Origin: Rebecca billardiae RCC1528
Lineage: Eukaryota > Protista > Haptophyta
Length of the DNA: 64,000 nt
Assembly: GCA_965240325.2 (NCBI GenBank)
Contig: OZ251223.1
Span: forward strand, 2,728,001 to 2,792,000
Reading direction: 5' to 3'
The notes under the pieces were generated by a model. It saw only the letters and a list, made by a program, of their open reading frames with translations. It did no database searches and was not told the DNA's origin. The position numbers were made by a program, and so were the translations under genes. Below are positions 33,356 through 45,535 of this stretch, one piece after another. Each line of letters starts with the position of its first letter. Position 1 is the first letter of the stretch.

Positions 33356-34873
33356 CCCGCCAGCCGCCCCTGGAGACCGGCGCCGAATCGCGGATCGGAT
33401 CGAATGGGACAGGCGTGGGACCCATTCTATGCTTTAAGACACATATACGACGGCGCAGGTGTCCTGATAATGATTTGTCGTCGGCAGTAAGTCCCCGATC
33501 GTCGACAAGCCGCGGCGTCATGGTGCGGCCTGAAATACTACGGACCGCGTAGACGCTCCGCAGCCGCGCGTTTTTGAAACGGCAGAGTGATGCACGGGGC
33601 TGGCGCGCACTGACGCGTGCCACTGACGTGTCTAAACTACTGCTGCTAGTACGTAGCTAGCTTAGTACTAACGGGAATCCCACTGCTATCGGTCGGCTCA
33701 GTTTCAGAGTGGCTATTCACGGCGCCTCTCCCAGCTTGCCGGTTTTGCACGCGACGACTGCGGTCTTCCTGCCAATGTGGCTGCAGGGGAGCTCTTCCAG
33801 GCTCGGCAGCGGGCGATACTGCACAGGGCGAGGAGCGCGCGGGTGGGACGGTGGGCATCGAGTGCTCCGGCTCTGCGTCTCCGTCAGCTGTTTCGGTGAC
33901 ACAGACTCGTTTCACGTTTGCGCAGGAGAAATGGGCAAACACGTGCTACAGGATGATGGAGGAGAAGCGCTCGGGGGGCGGCTTACACGTCCGGTTGAGC
34001 TTGCCCACGTGTGTTTTGGATCTCGAATTACTGCTCCGACGAGCCCGCGCGCCTGCCACGTCTGGCGTGGTCCGCGAGTGGCCGTCCACGCCGCATGAAG
34101 CACGACCTTCCACGCGGGAGCTCGGGGGGGGGAACCCTACAGTTTACTAAGGGGTTAAGCCACTATAACTGTCAGGCAGCGCCATCGTGCCGACGTGCCC
34201 ACGGCCCACGTACGCGAATTTGTGCGACATTCACAGCGACGAGGTCGCGGTCCCCGGCCGCTCCGACGCGCTCTTGACTTCCGCGTGGGACGTGCGGAGG
34301 TCAAGAACCCATCCTACTCGTCGACGGTGCCGACCTCGCCGCCCTGAATGTCGCACAAATTGGAGATTGGCACCTCGCGCGTGCAGGCCGCGACACGCAT
34401 GCCAGGTCCGCGCGGCGCTCTGTGGGCAAGCGAGCCAAGGGGCGCAGCGAGTCCGGTGCGGCTGTCGTACGGGTCGAGCGCGAGCGCCGAGTCGCAGCCG
34501 CGCGCGCGCCGCGCCGCTGGCGCCGGGTCGCCCGGGGGAGAAGGCGCAGCTGCAGTGCTCCTCTGCCATGTACATGAGTGTCGGCAAAGGCGGTACACCG
34601 GTAGTTCGTATTGGTACGGTACCGGAGTGACCGGAATCTGCTCTCTGATTTCTACCGATTCATCGGCCACCAGTCTGATCACCCGACGACGACACCCGGG
34701 ACCCCTAATGAATGGGAATTTGTTATTACCGGTTCGACTGATGGATTCATACGAGCCGACCGAGCGAGCCTATTATAAAGTACCTCCTCATCCGAGGGTG
34801 GACTCTTGATTCTCAATGATCATACCGCTCAGTGTAGCAGCGTCCCCCTTCGCCCGATTGCAGTGTGGGTGTC

Positions 34874-36878
34874 ATGAGGTCTGGGGTGCGCACGCACCCT
34901 GGCGACCGCCCCGGGCCGAATGCGGACGGCGAGCGGGCACCTAGGGCGCACCCTCTTCGAGGGACGCCGCGCTCGGCGATCGCCGACGCGCTCACTCGCG
35001 CGCGCGAAGAGGTGTGTGCCCTTGCGCGCACGCCCTCGCCGCTCGCACGCGCACGCATGCCCTTCTGTCTGACCGCTGCCTTTGTGGCGTCGCACGATCA
35101 CAGGGCCGCCGGCGGCAAAGGGCGATTCAGGCTCCTCTCCTCGCGGCTGGCCTGCTCTTCATCGTGGTGACCATCCTATCCCGGTTCGCTTGGTCGCACG
35201 CCCTGTGGGCCGTGTCTGAATACCTTGCACCCGAAGTGACGGTCATCTACTTTCTAACCCTTGGCTCACTCTTCATGATGCTTGCGCTGATGCCGTCCCA
35301 GCCGCGCGGCGTGCTGATCGGTGCGACGATACTGATGCTGTTGGACGCCTTCGTCGTCGCGGTGTACATCCCCGGCCACGTCGTGCCGCACGCGCACGAG
35401 GTGTATGCTCGCGCGAGAGCGTCCCGCGCGCAGAGCCCCGAAACGATCATCCGCTTGGCTGGAACGAGCGTGATGACGAGCGTGTACATCGGCGCCGTCC
35501 TGGTGCTGCTCCATCTGATTTGCTCGAGACGCATGACTGCGCGCGCGCGGCTCGACCGTATCTGGCGCGCGTACGCGTCGACGCAGCTCGTGATGGGCGC
35601 CATCGCCCTCGCCGAGGACATCCGCTTTGCAGTGGGCGCCCGGCCTACGCGGATGGCGCCCTTCTCGTTCTCGCTGCTCCAGCTCGTGTGCGGCGTGGCT
35701 GCCGCGTCGGGTCGCCTGCGCGAGCTCGTTCACACGTGGCTCGCGTCGCGTGGCGAGGGCATCAGCTCGGCGACTACAATCAGCGTGCTGGTCAACGGGC
35801 GCTCGAGCGATGACGTGCTGCAGCTGGCGCAGGCGACGTTGCGCTCGGTCAGCGCGGACAAGGTGAATGCCGCAGGGCTGGGCGGCGTGGTGGACGAGGA
35901 CGACTGCTTCAGGCATTCGCAGCCCGCAGCGTTCGGCAGCGTGGACGCGTTTGTGTGCCACTCGCACCACGACAGCGGCGTGGAGAAGGCAGAGCAGCTG
36001 CGGCTGTGGGCGGCCGAATTCAGTCGCACGCACGGGCGCGCGCCCCGACTGTGGATCGACAGCTACTGCCTCATGTCGGCGTCTCCTGAGTCGAGCTTGT
36101 CATGCCTGCCGGTGTATCTCGCCTCCTGCGATCGCGTGCTCGTCCTTCACGGCCCGACGCTACTCGACCGCCTGTGCGCGCTCGCATGCGCGCGCGACGC
36201 GCCCGGTGGTGCTCCCACCGCCAGCGCGCCCAGTGCACAACAGCCCACGCCTCACTCACACCCGGCCCGTGTGGCTCCCCGCCGCCCCTGCACGCCCCGT
36301 TCCCCGCCATGGCGTGCAGCTGGTGCGTCGTCGAGCTGTTCGTTCACCTCATCATCGGCACCGATCGCCGTCGCAGCGTGGATGTGCTGCGGCTGCCGGG
36401 CGTGGAGTCTTACGCCGAGTTCAAGAGCTTTGACGCGCGCCAGGCGCAGTGCGCGTACAGCCAGGACCGCCAGCTGCTCCTCACGGTGATCGAGGCCTTC
36501 CCGGGTGGCATCAGCGCCTTCAACGGCGCAGTCGTGCGCTCACTGGCGGAGCAGTTCGAGTCGTGGCGGACATCGTCTGGCGCCTCCGAGCGCCATGTCG
36601 TGGTAGACGTCGACCCACTGGGCCAGGACGACCTTCTGGATCCGGCAGTCGCCACCGCTCCGTCGGAGGATCTCACGTCGACGGAGCTGCTGGCTGCAAC
36701 GGCCGCAATCACGGGCCGGGCGGCAGCCAATGGCGACGACTCCGATCATGCTGGTAATCCCAGCGCCGTCATTGACGACGTCGAAACGGGCCCATCGGCA
36801 TCAGCCCGATCAGGGGCGGCGCGGAGCGGGGCTCCTGCCGAACGGGCTGAATGGCGTCGGATCACTCGGAGTGTGTAG
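34874..36878 (+). CDS. Multi-pass membrane protein with C-terminal TIR/HET-like domain; introns 35012-35103 and 36174-36319
   Basis: About six hydrophobic helices, then DAFVCHSHHD...LWIDSYCL...LPVYLASCDRVLVLHGPTLLDRL|WCVVELF after splicing. Confidence 0.8.
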
Positions 36879-37280
36879 TCTAGGTGATGATGAGCTAGTG
36901 ATCCTGGCGGCTGATGAAATCCCGTTTGTTCATCAGCGACAGCAGGCTAGTGCCGGCGGACCGCGCACGCGTTCTGCAATACGCGAACGAGCGGATGACG
37001 TCTTGACGACGATGCGCGCTATGATAAACCCCAGCATATATACATTAGACTTATAGTAATAGTTAGTAGCGGATGTCTGCCGTAGCCAACTCCAACTTCT
37101 GACCAGGACCCCGGACCAATTCTATGATTTCTGGGAGCGGATGAAAGCCGGATTCTACATTTGTACTTCTGGCGCCTGCCTGCTGATTGCTGTGTGCGTC
37201 TCTTATTCTTAGTGCTGTACTCTCGCCTGCCTGAGCTGTGTGCGTCTCTGATTCTTAGTAATCCCTAAACGGGTAGATCG

Positions 37281-37819
37281 ACCAAACCGAGCTCAGAACC
37301 GGCCGTGTACCGAGCTCAGGCGATGTACCATGGTACGTTTTGGTACACTTTGGTACAGGTTGGTACATTTTTCAAGTGTACCAACGTGTGCCAAAATGCT
37401 GTACCAAATGTATCGAAATCAGTACCAGTTCGCACCGAGATATGTACCGGGTGTACCAAATCCGACCAAAATGTACCAACTCGTCCAAAGAATGTACCAA
37501 CGTATCCTAAAAGGTACCAAAATGTACCAAATGTACCAACTCTCCCAAATGTACCAGCAACGGAGCGATGGCGTCGCAAGCGGCGCATTCCACGCCCGCA
37601 TTTGGTACATTGTCAGGATGCGTTGGTACACATTGGTACATAATTGGTACACCATTGGTACATTTGGTACAGTTTACTAAGAATAAGAGACGCACACAGC
37701 TCAGGCAGGCGAGATACATCTCTGACATGTACCAATAGTGTACCAATTCTGTACCAAAGTGTACCATGGTACATCCGCTGAGCTCGGTACACTCCTCATT
37801 CTGATGAGCTCGGTTTGGT
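37281..37819. mobile_element. ~540-bp foldback/MITE-like element filled with GTACCAA repeats
   Basis: ACCAAACCGAGCTCA...TGTACCGAGCTCAG is mirrored at the right end; dozens of TGTACCA/TGGTACA units in both orientations; nested 45-bp CAGTTTACTA fragment at 37670-37714. Confidence 0.85.
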
Positions 37820-37854
37820 GCCAACTCCCAACTGAGTAAACTGTAAACTGTTTT

Positions 37855-39065
37855 AAATTCCCCTTTATAACGGGCTCCGGGTGATCAGACTGGCGGCCGA
37901 AGCCTCCAGCCCTACCCTGGCCAGCCCCCAACCAACCACCACCCTCACCCAACCTCAAACCACTGACCGATACACCGAGTGCCTTGACACCACTCCGCTG
38001 TGGACAGCCCGCCTCCAGAGGGGGCGGGGGTATGCCATTGCCGACAGCATACAAGCCCAACACTGTGGGGTGGTCCCAGGTACCAGCAGTGCACTGCCTT
38101 GCAATTCGAGATCATCGAGTTTGAGCCGAGTCGGCAGACTGGGCACCCCCTAGGGCGCCCCAGTGTGGGCAGAGGGCCAGCCACTAGCCGATCCCTGCGC
38201 GGGGGAGGGGACGGAGGGGGCTGTCAGCGAGCCCAGTAGCTGGGCCGGGGTCTGGGCCACTGGTCCTGGCAGTGAGGCGCCTGTATTTCACTCGTGCTGC
38301 TATGGAGGCAGATGGTGTCATGTCAGACATGTGTGCGATATCGGGCATCAAGTCAGGGCGTGGGCCGCTGTAGGACGCAAGCAGAGTGGTGGCGATGGCT
38401 AATACGCCTGGGGAGGTGTCGTTTGCGCGCCTCTTTCTGCTGCTCTTTGCAGGGGGTTGCATACTTCGTTGCGCAGGCTGAGCCTGCCTGCCAGTTGGTG
38501 TTAGGATAGGCACATTTGCCTGGTGGGGTGGGCAGTGTCGTTTGGGCGGGGGGCTGTCTTGCTGAGCTTGACTAGGAGGAGGCAGCCTGCGCCTGGGGGC
38601 TGCCAGTGTCTTGGCAGAGCCAGCAGGTGGCTGTGTGGCCTGCTGTCCAGTGTCTGACTGTGTAATGCCGTTGTGAGCTCCGTGACCAGTGCGACTGCCC
38701 GCAGCAGGGTCTGCCTCAATCTCAGGGCCCCCATGTGTCAACACATTGTCCGACGGACGCACATCGCTGCGAGCCAGTGGGGTAACATATTGGAGCGGCC
38801 ATGCCACAAGAGGTGTGGCAGGCTGCAGAGGCCACGCAATCACCATAGGGAGGGGGCGAGCACGCTGTAGGGGCCATGCCCGCAAGAGTAGCTGAGGGCG
38901 CACGTGGTGACCGCGCGCTATTGGCTGGTGCAGGTTGGCCTGCCCCGCGCCTGCCTGCCAGCCCTGGCCAGCCTGGGCAGGGGGTTGCTGCTGGATGACA
39001 GGTGGTCCCTGTAACTGATTATTCATGGCAATCACCCCTCCTGGGCCTGCCTGTGCCTGTGGGGG
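37855..39065 (-). mobile_element. Longer copy of the 'AAATTCCCC' repeat family, decayed and visibly CpG-poor (far boundary approximate)
   Basis: First ~200 bp align with 18764-19262; the remainder is TG/CA-rich with a low-complexity ORF containing AWPLQ three times. Confidence 0.55.
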
Positions 39066-39092
39066 CGTACGGTACACGAATTGGCGGATGCC

Positions 39093-40779
39093 ATGGCGTC
39101 GCCAGCGCGCCTGGACGTGCCCGAGCTCGGCGGCGATGCGGCAGCGACGGCGAGCGCGTGCACGACCGAGCTCCTGAAGATCTTTCTGCGTGACATTGAT
39201 GGCCGGCGGGCGCGAGCGGCGCTTCACGCGCGGCGCGCAGAGGCCCATGAAGCGATGGGCGACTTTAACAAAGCGCTGTCTGACGCGCGCGCTGCACGCC
39301 ACCTGGACCCGAGCCTAGAGGGAGCGCGTGTGGTGCACGCCCGAGCGCTGATGCGCCTTGGCCGCGCCGGTGACGCTCGCTCCCTGCTGGATCGTGCGGA
39401 GCCATCCCCCGCCGCCGCTGAGCTCGGGCTGGAGGTCGATGCGCAGCTGGCATCGGCGAGCGCGGCCTCCGAGGCGCGCGTGAGCGAGGAGTCGGAGGCC
39501 GGTGCCGCCGCGCGCGCTTCGGTGTGGCTCTCGGACGAGCTGATCGGCGTTGTGGCGTCGAAGCTGGCGCCTGACATCGGCTCCCTGGCGCGCCTCGCCG
39601 CAGTGAGCCGCGCCTGCCGCGTGGCCGCCCACCAGCCGCGGCTATGGCGCGACCTGGACCTGCGGCCGTTCCGGCGTGCTCTGAGCTGCGCGCATGTAGC
39701 CATCCTCGTGCGCCGCGCGTACGCGCCCCAAGGCGACGGGCACGGTGTCTTTCGGCTCGTGCTAGACGGTTGCCGCGGTCTGGGCGCCACGGGCTCCGCG
39801 GATTTCGCCCCGCTCCTCGAGCTCGCGCGCGAGGCGGAGGGCGGCGGCCCGCTGCGCTCGCTGCGAGCACTGCGCATGCGCGAGCTGGGCGAGCTGGACG
39901 CGGCTGCGCTCGGCGCGTGGCTCGGCGCGCTCCCCGCCGCCGGCCTGCGCGAGCTCGACCTGAGCTACACGGCGACGATGAGCGACACGCTGCTGCCCAA
40001 GCTGTCCAACCAGACCGAGCTGCGCGTGCTCAAGCTGCGAGGGTGCGAGATCAACGACTCAGGCTTGGAGCAGCTGCTGCCGCAGCTGAGCGCACTCACC
40101 GAGCTCGATATCTCCATCTGGTGCGTGTGCGCGCACATCCGCGTGCGCGTCCGCCGCGCCGAATGCGGCGTGGTGCACCGAGCGCTTGAGTGCCAGCCGT
40201 ACCTACGCGATGAGACACGGGCGTCCCTGCCGCCGGCGCTGCTCACGCGCCCTTGTGCCTGCCGCGTTTGCCTGCCGCTGCAGGCCGTACCACCGCATGC
40301 GCCGATTTGGCCGTGTTGGGGACGGAGCGCTCCGCGCGTGCGCCAAGATCGAAAGTCTGCGCACGCTCAAGGTGTGTGGGCGGCGGGGCACGTCGCCCGC
40401 AGGCCTGGCGGCCCTGCTGGTGCGCCGCAGCGCGGTTCGCGTGGATGTGCGGCACAACCTCAGCCTCAACAACGCCCGTGCGCTTGCCGCCGTGCTCGGC
40501 GCGGCGGCCGAGGCCGGCCTCCCGGCGCCCACCCTCATCACAGACGACGACACCATCTCGGATGACGAGCTTCCGTTGTGCGACGAAGGAGATGAGGGCA
40601 TGCCCATCTTTCCCACTCCTGCTGGCTCGCAGGCTGCTGCGTACTCCGCGCTCGGCGTTGCGCCACCAAATGAGACCGCGATGCTGGCGCGCTGCACGTG
40701 CGCCGACGCTGTCATGCTGCCCCTGCCCCCGCTCGTGGCCTGGCACGCGCCTGAAAATAGCAGCATGATCGATGATTAA
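39093..40779 (+). CDS. TPR + F-box + leucine-rich-repeat protein; intron 40121-40283
   Basis: TPR RAEAHEAMGDFNKALSDARAA..LDP; F-box LSDELIGVV...LARLAAVSRACR...LWRDLDL; LRRs LRELDLSY, LRVLKLRGCEINDSGL. Confidence 0.88.
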
Positions 40780-41924
40780 GCAGATGGAGATGATGACAGG
40801 ACGCACACGCCAATGGATAGTATGCCGGCAGCATATATCTATCAGCATCACATACGAACGAAGGTCTTATAGGCTTCAGTCTGACCCGGTGTGATGCATA
40901 CTCTGTCACTGATACTCCGGCGGACCCGTGCCGCCTCCGGCTCCGCGCCGCGCGTGACCCGGAGTCCCAGTTCTCAAGTTCTGAAGTGCGTTCTGACTTC
41001 CGCCCGTGGACACTAGGGGTGCCGAGTGTCGTGACTCTGGTGTCATTCACAGGTCGCCAATGGTGAATGGGGTGCCAACCATCCGAACCAGAGCGCATAC
41101 GACCGTGGAAGCCACTCGAAGCGAGGGCCGCAGCTTGCTGTCACAGGCCAGCGAGCTGTGCGGTTGAGGCAGACTCCCATGACGCAGAGTGAAGTGACTC
41201 AATCAAGAGTCATAAGTACGACTGGGGCTAAAACAGGACGCAGACCGCGTGGTGATCTTTCTCGACGCACTACCGTGACTGCCTGCACTTCGAAGCGATC
41301 TGGCCATCTGTGGCAGCAAGGGAGACCTCCCTTGGTGGCAGGCTTGCCCGGTGCCCATCGCCCTCTCCAGCTCGGGTCGGCCCGATGGCAGTCCGGTGAC
41401 AGCAAGGTTTGGGAATACCCATTGCCGGAGCAGTCCTGGAATACTGTACGAGCTTCAACGCTTCGTTTTGCCGCATATGAGACATGTAGTAATGGGTAGT
41501 CCTGATAGCAATGTGGGTAAACTGCCCGTTTTTTGTGAATTGCAAGGGCGACTTGCCGCCTATCATATTTTATGAGGTATTCAAGACGCCGTGCAAGCGC
41601 ACTGATTGGTAATGCCCACTTTGGGGCACAATCAGGCTGCGCGATTATTCTACGCTTCAGCCCGCTTTCGTCGACGCATCGCCACGAAGTTAGCGACCTC
41701 GGAGCCCAGCGGAGGTACCACGCGCTTGCATGCTGGCGGGCGCGCCCGCCGCGGTTCCCCATTCAGGTCCCGTGGCGGGCCTTACGCCGGCGGATCACAT
41801 CGACGGCGAGCACCTGGACTCGACGCCCAGTGCACGTGACCTCAGCGCGACGGGTGGCTCCTCCTCGTCAACAGCTACTGACCGCGTCGCGCGGCTCGCT
41901 GTCGCTCGGCCTCCGCGAGCCGCG

Positions 41925-43166
41925 ATGGCGGACACGCAGTCGAGCCTGGCCGAGGGTGCCCCGGCGGCCGCCGCGCCGGCCGGGCCGAAGGCACCAGCTG
42001 CGATGTTGGCGGCCGTCGCAGAGGCGACCGGGCCGAAGGCACCAGCTGCGATGTTGGCGGCCGTCGCAGAGGCGACCGCCACCGTTGGTGGCGGTGCCGT
42101 GCAGCCAGGGCGGAAGCGCAAGCATGCCATCCCGTACAAGGGTGTCTACCAGTGCCGGATGTCAGGCGGGCAGTACTGGCAGGCGCAGATCTCGATCGAC
42201 GGGACCACGTACCACCTGGGCGTCTTCGAGTCGATCGTCGACGCAGCGCGCGCTTACGATGCCCAGGCTCGTGTCCTTGGCCGTCGCCTCAACTTCCCTG
42301 CCGATCCACCGACCGAGCCGCTCATGCCTGCGCTAGCGCCGCCAGCGCCGATGCATCTGCGCGACACGCCGGACGTGATGAACGACATGACCCACGAGAA
42401 GTGCGCGGCATTTTGGAACGGCTTCTGTGGGCGCTACCGTCCGGAGGACGCCTCCGCGCCCACACTGGCCGTCCCGTCGCATCTGGTCCCCATCCCAGCG
42501 GCGGGAGTGCAGGCCGTCGCGTGCGGCGAGCCATCAGCGAGGAGTGGGCCCTCAGGCGAGCCGCGCCAGGGCGGCCCCGGTGCGGGCAGCGCGCAAGCGT
42601 TTGGGTTCGCGTGCCCGTGGCCGATGCCGCAGTCCGGCCCGTGGTGTGGCGTCCAGCCCTCGCAGGGCTTTCCATCGCCCGCTTGCAGCGCTCCTGTCGA
42701 AGCACACTCGCTGGTGGAGGTGAGCGCGGCGTTTGCAGGCGCTGCTGGCGGCGGAGGCAGAGTGAGCTGCAGCGGCGGCAGTGGCGGCAGCGGCGGCAGC
42801 GGGATTGCGACACTCGCAGTGCCCTCCGCAATGTTCTGCACGCCCGAGCTTGAACCGCAGCCGCTCGCGTCCGTCCCGATCCCACAGACGATCGGAATGG
42901 CTTCGCTGACAACACCGGCGGGGACCACCGTGCCTACGCCAACGACGGCGGTTGGGCACCACGTGCTCACCAGCGCGCCGTCCCCCTGCGCAGGTCTGCC
43001 GCCTCGGTTGCTGCCGGCGGAAGATCCACAAGATGCTTGGGATGCACAGTGCATCACTGCCAGCGGGATCCGGATCACGTCCCTGCCGCCCAGGCCGGGC
43101 GCGCAGAAGACTCTGGCATCTGAGGCAGCCGGGTCCTCACTGCCATCGGCCGAGGAGGCGGAATAA
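41925..43166 (+). CDS. AP2/ERF-domain transcription factor
   Basis: YKGVY...WQAQISIDGTTYHLGVFESIVDAARAYDAQARVLG..LNF with an upstream RKRK NLS. Confidence 0.9.
   Translation: MADTQSSLAEGAPAAAAPAGPKAPAAMLAAVAEATGPKAPAAMLAAVAEATATVGGGAVQPGRKRKHAIPYKGVYQCRMSGGQYWQAQISIDGTTYHLGVFESIVDAARAYDAQARVLGRRLNFPADPPTEPLMPALAPPAPMHLRDTPDVMNDMTHEKCAAFWNGFCGRYRPEDASAPTLAVPSHLVPIPAAGVQAVACGEPSARSGPSGEPRQGGPGAGSAQAFGFACPWPMPQSGPWCGVQPSQGFPSPACSAPVEAHSLVEVSAAFAGAAGGGGRVSCSGGSGGSGGSGIATLAVPSAMFCTPELEPQPLASVPIPQTIGMASLTTPAGTTVPTPTTAVGHHVLTSAPSPCAGLPPRLLPAEDPQDAWDAQCITASGIRITSLPPRPGAQKTLASEAAGSSLPSAEEAE
41980..42078 (+). repeat. Perfect in-frame 48-bp tandem duplication inside the AP2 gene
   Basis: GPKAPAAMLAAVAEAT encoded twice by identical DNA. 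Confidence 0.95.
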
Positions 43167-43623
43167 CCCGCGCGCGCCGGGCACGTCACACTCGTGGCGA
43201 TCCCGTCACGAGTAACCGGGAGTAAGACTGTAACAGTGACGAGTGAGGCCCTCGTCCCTCGACCGGTCCCGGTCTCATGCACTGATGCAGTGCTGACATG
43301 CCAGCTGTAAGCGGCGTCTAATAAATAATAACTTATATTATAATAAGCAGGGGCACTCTATTAGTCTATTATGGATGCGCGGCGCGATACTAAAGAGTGA
43401 CGAGAATTCTCACCGAGTCTAAGACTACTGAGTCACTCACGGCCGGTCGGCACGCTGCGGCGACTCGCTGCCACCGCTGCCCGGCAGCGGGCAGGCCTGA
43501 GGCCGAGATTCATATACTCAGTGATAATAATAATTCACTGTGCGCGTCCGGTTCCGAGGCGACCGGAGCAGACAATCTCAGTATATATGTTGCCAATGAG
43601 CCTCTCGGGCTCCGGCTTCGAGT

Positions 43624-45344
43624 TAGGGGGGCCAAACCGCCCATCATTTAAAAATGAAAAGCAAAGTCGCGTCGCATTTTCGCTCCGCCCTCGGCCTTTT
43701 AGGGTGGCGCGGAGCCTTTTTCTCGGACCCCGCTCGAAAATCGAGCTCCGACGCCGTCGGACGCTCAGAGCTCGGTTCCGCTCCAGCGCGAGCGGCCGGA
43801 GGCAGTGGACCGCCGCGCGCTCGCGACCTTTGAGACGCCGAGATGGTCTCGGGTGCGCGCGCGCGTGACGCTGGTGTGCGCTACTGACCCGTGCCTTTGC
43901 GCCACCAGCGGCTCACCACCCGCTTCTTGGCCATCTCGCGCCGTGCGCGGCGCGCGTCGGCCGGCTTGAATTGGCGCGCTGCGTGCGCCCGTCACGCTAC
44001 CGCACGGTGTGGCTCATGATCAACTCGCACAGTTGAGATCGATGCTCGCACCAAGTGCCCATGTATGTATGTGGATGCCCAGCTCGCCTAACCTGCCCTG
44101 CTGCGCCGGAATCGCCGTCAGCAGACCGGCGCGAGCTCGCGCGCAACACCTCCGCGGAGCTCGCAACTGTCATGTTCCGCTTGTAGGGCCCGTGTTTGCA
44201 CCTGCCGTGGCACTTGCGATGGTCAGTACGTTGGGTATGGGTCACGTGTGCCCTCTGATGGCGTCTGGGCGCCTCCCATTCGCCTCTCAGGACGTCGCGG
44301 GGCGTGCTCGCAGGCAGCGGTTGGCTCATTCGACAGGTCCGACGTGCACTCGACCGTGCCTGCAAGCGCGCCCCTGTGACGCTCATGCCTGCAGAAGCAG
44401 ATGCAGATGGGCCCTCATGCACCCTGGTGCGCCCAAGACCGGCGGGAGCGTCAGAGACCGTCTCAATCTTGACACCTTGCACACGCCGGCGCTTGCCGGT
44501 GGGCTCCGCGCAGCCAGCCAGGAGCGCCGAACAGCGCCGGATCAGCCTCTGTAGGCCGAATATCCGCCCCTAAGCCCAGAAATAGCGCGGAACAGGGTAG
44601 TGCGTACCTATATGGACCAATCCCATCCAGCCTGGTTTGGTGCAGACACGCCAGCCACCGCCTGGAGCAGACGTTTGCTGCCGAATCGCATGCTCGGCAC
44701 TGTGCCGCACTGCGACGACGACAGATTTGACCTGCCTCGTAGGTCTCGGCCAGGGAGCGGTGACGGTTGGCTCGAGTCACTTTAAACCTTGACTATGACC
44801 GAGAGCACTCCCGGGCTAAGGACGTGGGGCCGGTGCTTTGGGTCTACTATGTCTGCAATACGCCGTACGCGTGGCCGTATACACAGTCTGAAAACGTATC
44901 TCGCAGCTCGAGATCAGACGAGGCTGTATTCATCAGCATGGCGCCTATATACACAGTGGGTATGTAACGATCGGTGGCTTCTAGGAAACTACATATTTGA
45001 CAGCCTGCCAGTACACAGCCTATATCGCATGTTGGGACCTGCTGCTGCTGGGGACTCAGAACGATCTCGCTGAGATGCTCTATCAAAGTGAGGTCGACAT
45101 GGTCTATATGTCACATATAGAACGACCGTTACATACCGTTTCCAATAAGTTCAGGCTCATTCTAATAAGTAAATATGCTAGCCGTTACGCCCTATATTCA
45201 GGGTATGTGCACCTGATTTTTTTACATGGCCGGCCCAGACCCCTCCAGAGGGCAAATGATCCAGCCCGAAATCAGCTCTAAACACTCGCTAGGACCCGCG
45301 CTCGTGGCCGTCAGTAACGCTACAGTGCCACTTTGGCCCCCCTA
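43624..45344. mobile_element. 1721-bp non-autonomous element, 13-bp TIR with hAT-like TAGGG ends, 7-bp TSD
   Basis: TTCGAGT|TAGGGGGGCCAAA ... TTTGGCCCCCCTA|TTCGAGT. Confidence 0.88.
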
Positions 45345-45535
45345 TTCGAGTCCCCCCCTCCCCCCCCCCCAGTCCGGTCAATGGAGCGTTACATCTTGAG
45401 ACTCATCAGACTTGACACTGCCGAATGGCGAATTGGCGAGTGATCGCTGCCTCTCGGGACGGGGCGCAGCGTACTGCGTAGCCCGTCGTACAGACAATGC
45501 TACCTCCAGTTTCGCTCCTCCAATGAGAGCCCACG

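Noticed and set aside
37320-37790. Possible CRISPR array or repeat-protein ORFs (MYQ/VPN repeats)
   Set aside because: Units are 7-11 bp, change orientation and have no unique spacers or cas genes; they lie within inverted termini.
37855-37915. Hammerhead ribozyme in the repeat end (CTGATCA...GAAT on the minus strand); also CTGACGA at ~3016 and CTGATGA at 37801
   Set aside because: The core deviates from CUGANGA/GAAA and stem III cannot form.
40850-41760. Lower-GC stretch with a 187-aa minus-strand ORF
   Set aside because: No recognisable motif, termini or second copy in the window.
10701-45344. Fanzor/TnpB or intact transposase inside any of the elements
   Set aside because: No RuvC, zinc-ribbon or DDE motif set was found in the readable frames.
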